A DNA stretch of 55,723 nt, counting the filler, from Platydemus manokwari (taxonomy: Eukaryota): NCBI GenBank assembly GCA_037951405.1. It is 4 parts of 4 records of this genome, joined end to end, with 100 filler letters (N's around TTAATTAATTAA, not from the genome) between each part and the next. Parts side by side here need not be neighbours in the genome. Positions count along the whole stretch, not along the records: positions 15,491 to 29,894 come from JBBMOY011468085.1; 3 more parts are not named here. One strand, 5' to 3'. Within the stretch, counting starts at the first letter, position 1; each line of letters opens with the position of its first letter. The translations under genes and the position numbers were made by a program. This document shows, in pieces, positions 15,491-24,100 of the stretch. Under the pieces are notes generated by a model. It did not search any database. It had not been told where the DNA came from and saw only the letters and a program-made list of their open reading frames with translations.

Positions 15491-15868
15491 TTTGTTGGGT
15501 TTACCAAGACACCCCCCCAGGGAAAAATAAATAATAAAATGATAAATAAGGCATAAATAATAATAATAATAATAGTATTATTATTAATAATATTAATAAT
15601 TAAAAATTAATTAATACTTGAAAGTCATTGAAAAATTCCCAGGGATTTTATTTTTAAACTACTTAAAAGAATAAGATAATCCTCGAAAATAATTTTTATT
15701 TTTAAAGCAGCCTAAAAGAGGCATTTAAATAAAAAATAAGGATCATCATAAAAATGTTTTCAGGGATTTGTTAAGGAATTTTAGAAATATGATCACACTT
15801 TTAGCATTTCAAGTATAATTTTGAAAATATCTGAAGAATTTTTCCAGATGAAGATCAGTCCCAAATAG

Positions 15869-15876
15869 TATATAAG
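15869..15876 (+). promoter_or_regulatory. Putative LTR TATA box
   Basis: TATATAAG here and TATAAAAG at the homologous position in the 3' LTR (29666-29673). A TCAGAG Inr-like motif lies ~35 nt downstream in both. Confidence 0.6.
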
Positions 15877-15919
15877 CAAAGGGATTTCAGTAGATTTTCA
15901 CCCCTCAGAGAACACAGTC

Positions 15920-16255
15920 GGATCAGATATAAAGGATCAGACATAAAGGATCAGATATAAAGCATCAGTGATAAAGGATCAGATATAAAGGATCAGACAT
16001 AAAGGATCAGATATAAAGGACCAGATATAAAGGATCAGATATAAAGCATCAGAGATAAAGGATCAGATATAAAGCATCAGAGATAAAGGATCAGATATAA
16101 AGGATCAGATATAAAGGATCAGAGATAAAGGATCAGATATAAAGGATCAGAGATAAAGGATCAGAGATAAAGGATCAAAGTCAGAGCTACCAAAGGTTCA
16201 GAGCTACTAAAGGATCAGAGCTACCAAAGGATCAGAGCCACCAAGGATCAGACAA
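15920..16255 (+). repeat. Tandem array in 5' LTR: 18 x 14-mer GGATCAGATATAAA, then ~4 x 16-17-mer TCAGAGCTACCAAAGGA
   Basis: Counted directly: 15920-16171 (14-mers with GACAT, GAGAT and GCATC variants) and 16181-~16255. Confidence 0.93.
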
Positions 16256-16787
16256 GTACTACTACTTCTTTTATTCTGGGCTGTGCTTAAAATTCCCCAC
16301 CAAAGGGTTATCGGTGAGCAACCGTTAGGGCTCAGTTGATAACTCGGGAGTTTTTAGCGTCAACGGAACCGTAAGATCTTTCCTTTTTGTTTCGTTTTCT
16401 TATTTTAAGTAAAGTATAATTTTATAAATAGTATTGTATGATATTCTTGATAATATTTCTTTATTAATATTGATTTAATTTTGCATTTGAACTAACATTT
16501 GATTAAACAGTATTTGGACTATAATTGACCATTATCGTATTTGTTTTACTTTTTACCATTGTATTTGTGTGTCGTGTTCAGAATTGATAGTGTGAGGGTT
16601 TGTGGAACATTTCAGACATTTTATTGTGATCCCAGACTTGTGCATTATCCTTTTGAATTTCAGTGTATTGTATTTTATTTCGGTGTGGTATAAATACAAG
16701 TGTTGCTTTACTGATTGTTTTGATTTGCACCACCTAAGATTTTGGAGTCAGGTTAAATTTGATACCCTAAATATTGAACATATTTAT

Positions 16788-16805
16788 TGGTGAGCCCGAC
16801 GTGAT
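16788..16805 (+). other. Primer-binding site complementary to tRNA-Trp 3' end
   Basis: TGGTGAGCCCGACGTGAT, one mismatch from the tRNA-Trp PBS TGGTGACCCCGACGTGAT. It continues TCGAA, complementary to the T-loop. Confidence 0.88.
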
Positions 16806-17187
16806 TCGAAAATCAGTTGGCAATTGTGAAACTGTGGTGCGTGATTGTGTTTATCGATTTTTGTGAAAGTTTGTGTGATTTGTTTTTTTTGGATTCTGTA
16901 AGCCCTGAGTGGCGTTTTGGTAAATTTTTGGAACTTTTAGTAAAGCCCGCAGAGGTATAAAAGTTGTTGGTATATTAATAGTGTTTGAGGAAGAAATCAG
17001 TTAGCGTTTAGAAACTAGTCTGGCTAGTGGAAAGAAATCAGTTACAGATATTCGAGGAGTTATAACCAGAAGTTCGACAAAGGTAATTAAAGGGAGAGGT
17101 ATAGAGGAAAATAATTTAGAAATCGAGGAGAATAATCGAGAAGCAACAGTAGAGGATATTAATACAGGTGTTAAAGAGATAGAAAGA

Positions 17188-18174
17188 ATGGATTACGAAT
17201 TAGTAAAGTTACCGGTTAGGACATTTAATGGGGAACCAACAGAATTTGCAGATTTTATGGCCGAGTATAGGCAAGTAGCAGAAGCTTTAGGATATGATGA
17301 GGCACGGATGGTAAGGAGATTACCGATTCATTTAAGTGGAATGGCAAGGAGTGCATATTATGACATAAATGTAGCGAACAAAACTTGGGCAGAAGTTGTT
17401 AAAGAGTTGACGAAGAAGCTAATTCCAGGAGACATAGGCAGAGTAAATAGGCAAATGTTCCATAAGAGGAAGCAAGGAACAGATGAGCCAGTAGGCGAAT
17501 ACGCATATCAAGTGGAATTATTAGCACAAAGGGCATTTGGACCAAAGAATCAGTGGACAGAAACAATTAAGAAGATTGTAGAGGATCAGTTCTTCATTGG
17601 AATGCTACAACCATTAAGAACAGTGTTAGGATTGGCGGATTACAAAGATTTTGAAGAATTATTACAGAAAGCTCGTAAAGCGGAAATGAATATTAAAGGA
17701 AACCCAACGATGATTTGTGAAATCGGAGCAGTCAGAAGAGATAACAGTAGGACTAGAAATACGGAAATAAAGCGGAATGAGACCAATGATCAGACAGTAA
17801 AGAAATGTTTTAATTGCCAGAAACCAGGACATATAGCAAAGCAATGTCGAGCTAGGAAATTAGAATTAGGTCCAGGTCCAGGAAGGGATCAAAGGAGAAA
17901 TATAGATATAGTTTGCAGAAATTGTAATGAAACAGGGCATTTTGCTAAAGAGTGCAGGATAAAGATTTGTAGATATTGTAACAAAAGAGGACATTTGGAA
18001 GAAACGTGTTGGGCAAAGAATTCACCCCAAAGAGATAACGTAAATATTGATGGAAAGGTACAGTGTTTCAAATGTAAGCAGTATGGGCATATGGCGAAAT
18101 CTTGTCTTAGCGAAAAGACGTCACCAAAAGTAGTTAAAAGATTGGCATTCAGCAATGCAAAAGTAAACATGGTA
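17188..18174 (+). other. gag: Gag domain (capsid + nucleocapsid with four CX2CX4HX4C knuckles)
   Basis: Retrotransposon-gag-like motifs (FNGEP..F, LSGMARSAY, RKQGTDEPVGEYAY). Knuckles: CFNCQKPGHIAKQC, CRNCNETGHFAKEC, CRYCNKRGHLEETC, CFKCKQYGHMAKSC. Confidence 0.9.
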
Positions 18175-21100
18175 AGAGATAGAGAAGAAGATGATGAAAC
18201 AGAAAAATTAAGAGCCGAAAACGAGGAATTAAAGCGACAGTTATTCAGAGTGATTGGCCGAGAAACAATTTCGATGATTCAGCCCCAGGACAATGGAATC
18301 AAGATATTAACCAGAAATGATTCGCTAGAGGAAAAAGTGGATGTTAATGGAAATGTAATCATGGCTTTGGTGGATTTAGATCAAGAAGAATACAATACGC
18401 TTCCTGAAGTGTTAGAAAGAGAATTCGCAAGAATACCGAGAAACAAAGACAGGATTATGGATTTATTAAGTCAAGTAACGGAGTTGGCGGTTACTCCAAT
18501 GATGCTCGGTAGGATAGTTAAGGTGATAAAACCACATATAATGGAATTCGGTGTTCAACAAGCAGAGATTCGATCTGTAATCCGAAGATACGGGAGATAT
18601 ATGAGATTAAGAGGAATGGATCAGCGACCAATAAAAATCAAATTGAAAATGGTTGGATGGGAAGAAATGAACGTGGAATTACACTATTGTGCAAGGGTTC
18701 GTACAATAAGAGAAAAAGCGACTCAAGTAATGGGAAGAGAATGGATCATCGTAATTTTCTGGAATACATACCAGCTAGATGACGACGAGTATTTAATGGA
18801 CTGCGGATGCAATGCAGATGAAGAAACGGTAATAATTGCAGTTCAAGTGGATAGCAACGGACAGCCCGTGTTAACCGGAAATAGATATGAAGAATTAATT
18901 AACCAGACTGGCCAAGGAAGTTTGAGACCACCAGAAGGGACAACGGAAGCACTACGATCTGAAGTTACAGATCCAGACTCAGTGGTTTTAGAAGAAGTAT
19001 CCGAGGAAGAAGAACTCCAAAGACCAATAGGAATATCGCCAGTAGAACAAGCCCAAGAAGAACCACAAAGGGAAGATATTTCAGGACCAGAGGAGCAATC
19101 AAGACCACGACAAGTAAGACCCGGAAGCAATCCAGTTGGGAGACCAAGGAAGGACCCAAATGCTCCACGTCCTCAAGGAATAAGTCGAGAAACTAAAAGA
19201 ATTGTACGAAGGGAGTATCTACACAGATTAGCCGACCGTTACAGGAGACAGCATGAGGAAGAAGCATATGACGAGGCTACAAAAGGAGATCAGGAGCGAT
19301 TACGAAGATTGATCGAATTAATGGATCCATCCATGGAGGCAACCGGAGAACCAGATAATTTAACTATAGAAATATTCTTGGAAATGTCGAAAATTTTATC
19401 AGATATAGAAGATTTTGTTGAAGAACCAGACAGTATGAGCGATGAGGTATGGCTAGCACAATTATGTGAAGGAAGAATGGACAAAGAAAAGGCAATGGTA
19501 GGAATAGCGTTAATTTTGAAGAGAGCCGATAAAATGAATCGGGAGTCAGGGAGACAAAATACAGATATATTAATTCGAGGGGCAAATAAAATGATTGAAG
19601 ACTATTTTGGACCATGGATGCAATTAAACCAAGGATGGCAAAGTTTATTGGGAGTAAAACAGACCTCGGAACCAGATATGGGATCAACTCCAGAAAGATC
19701 ACCCGAACCTCCAAGAAGACAATCAGAGTTTAGACAAAGAACCAGGAGGGAGGAACAACAAGACGAGCCGAGAAGAGATAATAGTCAACCTAGAGGGGAT
19801 AGACGATCGTCAAATGATTCACTATTACCGATGATGTTGATAATGATCATGATGTTCTTAAATATGATGAATCGAACAAATGCATTAGTGGCATACGATT
19901 GCACAAAACCAAAGATGGGAAAAATTTATTCGCTAGTAGATCTCGAAGAATGTCCAGAGGCATATCCAACGAACTTAACAAGTAGAGAGGTGGAATATAA
20001 CATCTACCAAGAGACAGAATTCAGAAGAGCGAATGTTAAAGAATGCATTGTGAAAAAGGCGACTTTTGAGTATTACTGTGGCGTTCACAGCAGAACAGCA
20101 TTTTTGGAAGCAACTCTCATACCAGTTCCAGTTATTGTGAACTCGGAAAACTGTGAATCGGCATTCGTAACAGGAAAGTTACAAATTGCAGCAGGATTAG
20201 CAATTGACGCAAAAATAGGAGTAAGGACAAGACAAGCCATTACCGAAGGAGGAAGTATAGGAGCCGATGGTACATGCAGTGGCAGAGAAAAGTACAGGAA
20301 AGGCGAAAAAGTATCATGGGTGGTCACATATTCAGATTATATGGTACAATTGAGAGAATTTGAGGGAGTATTCGACGCTGTCACAGGAAAAATGCTGTCA
20401 CACCCGTTTTGCAATTTTAAACACACAACATGTGACACAGGAGAATCATTATTGGTATATAGGGTACCATCCACAGATTGTGATATGGTATTTCTGAAGA
20501 AGGTAGTGTTCACGCAATTGGAAGGCGAAAAAGAAAAAGAAAGCATGAGTCGTTCCAGGAGAGTGAGTAAAATAACAAGAGTAACAGAAAGAGTGGAAAA
20601 GGAAAAGACACCAATTGTCTTAATAAGCAGAGATAAAAACGAGGGGATCAGATTTGTCAGGAGAGAGCGAAATCTTAAATGCAATACGGAAGTTTACACT
20701 ACAAATCACAAGGGAATATTCGTCAGTTATCATGACATGGTTGGAGCAAAAAGAGTGAGTAAAACAGATGTGAAGCTAGCAGATTACACTAATACAAAAC
20801 TTGATTTTGTATATCATGTGTTACAACAATCCATGAGAGAGATGTATCATGAGGTTGTAGGGAATGATTGTAAGCTAAATCGGGAGTTGTTGAGAACTCG
20901 GTTTGCAATGATAATTAGCAACCCAGAATTAGTAGCGCCAATGCTCTTACCAGATCAAGGGGTTTTTGCTAGAATGATGGGAGAAGTGATTTACAGTTAT
21001 AAATGTGCAGTGGTGAACGTGCAACTTAGACGAACAGAGGAATGCACCAACGAATTACCAGTCGTATGGGAAAACGAGGAACGATATGTATCACCAGTTA

Positions 21101-24100
21101 CACGAATCTTATTGGAAAAGGAAGCAAAGCCAAAGGTGTTGGAATGTGGGGCAGCAATGTCCCCGATATATAAAATAACTCAGGATATCTGGATTACACT
21201 TCCCGATCGAAAGGAAACAAGCAAGGTGGAAAACTTGGAGTTGTTAAAAATTGAAAGCGGATTAAAGTTTGAGGATTTAGATGAATTGGCGTCAGGAGGA
21301 ATTTATACTACGCAAGATATTGAAGAAGCTAGAAGAAATATGATGTTCCCAGAGAGAAGAGAAAGAGTATTAACCCATCTAGTAGATGCGGTGATGCAAG
21401 GGAACGGAGGATCAGCAGATAAAAGAAATTACGAGGTTCTACTTAGTCCAGACCATTACAAGAAAGCAGCCATGAAACTGTTGGAAAAGACATGGGGAAA
21501 ATTTACAGGATTTGGAAATTTTATGGCAGGAATAATTGGAATTTACACAATATTCATGTTGGTTAAATGGGGATTATCTCAAATAATGTCGGTATACACG
21601 TTATACAGGACTATCGGGTTCACATGGAGATTGATTACAGCATGTTTACCATTTTTAGCAAAGTTTGTTATTATCCATCATCATGGAAAAGAGCTAACAA
21701 AGCTTAAGAGAATTTTTCATGAAAGAAAACCAGAGGAACCAGAAGGCGAATTGGAAGTGGTGGTAAAAACATGTGAAAGTTCAACTAGTAGTAATGAAGG
21801 CGAATCCGGATTTTTCTCACATCAAGCACAAAGACCAAAAATAAAGAGGAAAAAGAGAATACCGACAGCGCCAGTCGGTGGCGAATATCTCAAGATTGAT
21901 AGGAGATTACCCAAGGTGCCGGTTCGTTATACATCATTAATTGGGTTACGTCCAACAATATATCCGACATTAGATCCGTTTATTTACGACGAAATACCAG
22001 GAAAGGAGCAGGACGCAGATGGAAAAATGGAAGAGAAACAGCAAGATCGAGAACTCGATGAGGAAGAAGTAGCTAGATTAGGAGTTCCAGTATACAAGCC
22101 CAGAGTAAACATGATTAAATCAGGAAAACGAAGAGTCGATGATAAGAGTGTAATAAAGGTCAAAATTAATGGAAGGTTGGTATCAGCGTTACTGGATTCA
22201 GGAGCTACTGTATCAATTATTAGCGATAAAATTCTAACAAATGGCGAAAGGAACAATATGAAACCAGCATCAGGAGCCCAAACATTGACTGGACAGAATT
22301 TTGAGTTTCAAGGGAAGGTAATATGTGTAGTCGAACTAGGAGGTCACAAGATAGAGCATGGCATGCGAGTAATGACCAATTGTCCGTACGATGGGTTAAT
22401 CGGAATGGATATCCTATCGCAGCTACAAGGCGTAGCGTTTGATTTAGTCACAGGAAATCTTATCCCAGTTCACGACAGCAGAGGACGCAGGCGTGCAGTG
22501 AACGATATAGTATTGCATGAAAATCTACTACTACCGCCGAGAGCAGAAACAGTATGCTTTATTACAGCAGGAGTACAAGGAAAGGGAGCAATGCATTTTA
22601 AGCCCAGTATCGAATTGCGATGGTTACATGGGGCAGTTGACGAGGTAGTAGAAATAAGAGACGGAAAGATTCCAATACGAGTAGTAAATTTTGATGTAAA
22701 AGAAAAACAGCTTTACACAAAAATGAAGATTGGACAATTACAACCTTTAACAAATGAACCTTACGCAGATTCTATAAACGTATTACGGCCAAGTACAATT
22801 AAGAAATATAAACCAACAATTATCACAAGCCAGAATTTGACGGAAAGGCAGCGAGAGTATTTGCAGAAAGTAATTTGGAAATTTGATCATGTATTTGCTA
22901 AGGATGACTACGACTTAGGGTGTACACATATACTCAAGCACAAAATTGTTTTGACAGATTCCGCACCCATTAAGCAAAGGGCCTATAGACAACCATACGC
23001 ATTAGAAGAAGAAATAAACCAGCAAATTAATGACATGTTGAAAGTAGGAACTATTGAGCCAAGTTCCTCACCATGGGCATCACCCGTAGTAATGGTAAAG
23101 AAGAAGGACGGATCAATCAGAATGTGTATTGATTATAGGAAGGTTAATGAAGTAACCAGGAAAGACACATATCCTATACCAGTGATAGAAATGATGTTTG
23201 ATAAAATCAAGAGGTCGAAAATATTTACCGTAATGGATTTACAAAAAGGATATAACCAGGTGGCAATGGATGAAGATAGTAAAGAAATTACTGCTTTTGT
23301 GACAAGTAAAGGTCTATATCAATACAATAAGATGCCTTTTGGGTTAACAGGCGCTCCAGCAACGTTTCAAAGATTGATGAACTTGATATTAATGGATGTT
23401 GAGCATGCAATGGTTTACCTAGATGATATAATAATCTTTTCTTTGAATGGAGATGAACACATAAAGGACATAGCAGCGGTCTTACAAAGATTAAAGGTAG
23501 CAGGATTAAAAGTGAAACCAACCAAATGTGAATGGGCAAAAAGCGAAGTAAAATACGTAGGTCATATAGTATCAGGATCAGGAATTCGACCAGACCCAGA
23601 GAATGTGAAGAAAGTGGCGAATTTTGCAACACCAAAGAACACAAAGGAAGTCAGAGAATTCCTTGGATTAGCAGGATATTACAGGAGATTTATAAAGAAT
23701 TACGCAAAAATAGCAGCACCGTTGAACGATTTGTTAAAAGGGGAAGCAAAGGCTCTCAAACGAAAAGTAAAACGAGAAAAGTTAGTCAATATAATAGAAA
23801 AACAAGTAAACAAATTTGTGTGGGGAGACGAACAACAAAAAGCATTCGAACAATTAAAAGAACAATTAATAAGTGAACCGATATTGAGATACCCAGATAT
23901 GGCAAAACCATTTCTGTTAATGACAGATGCAAGTGGATACGCAGTAGGAGCAATTTTAGCGCAACAAGCAGAAGGCGAAAAGGATCACGTCATAGCATAC
24001 GCAAGTAGGGGATTGAAGAAACACGAACTTAACTATGCAACAATAGAAAAAGAAGCGCTAGCAATAGTATTCGCAGTCAAGAAATTCAGACATTATTTGT

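Larger units (their letters stand above)
15491..16780 (+). repeat. 5' LTR (left end clipped by gap; probably ends ...TGAACA)
   Basis: The first ~420 nt align with 29297-29710. It ends in AACA, the inverse of the TGTT start, shortly before the PBS. The exact right end is uncertain by a few nt. Confidence 0.85.

Noticed and set aside
15920-16255. Regular short repeats superficially like a CRISPR array (also 29731-29894)
   Set aside because: Head-to-tail tandem units with no unique spacers, inside LTRs of a eukaryotic element, and no cas genes.
17857-17883. KLELGPGPG as a 2A/StopGo ribosomal skipping motif
   Set aside because: It lacks the required D(V/I)ExNPGP residues (no D, no N).
18169-22103. 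Splice from ATG|GTAAGA (18172) to AGs at 22090 or 22103 to remove env and give plain Gag-Pol
   Set aside because: Both nearby acceptors are out of phase with the donor and lack a pyrimidine tract. Other acceptors cannot be excluded without RNA data.
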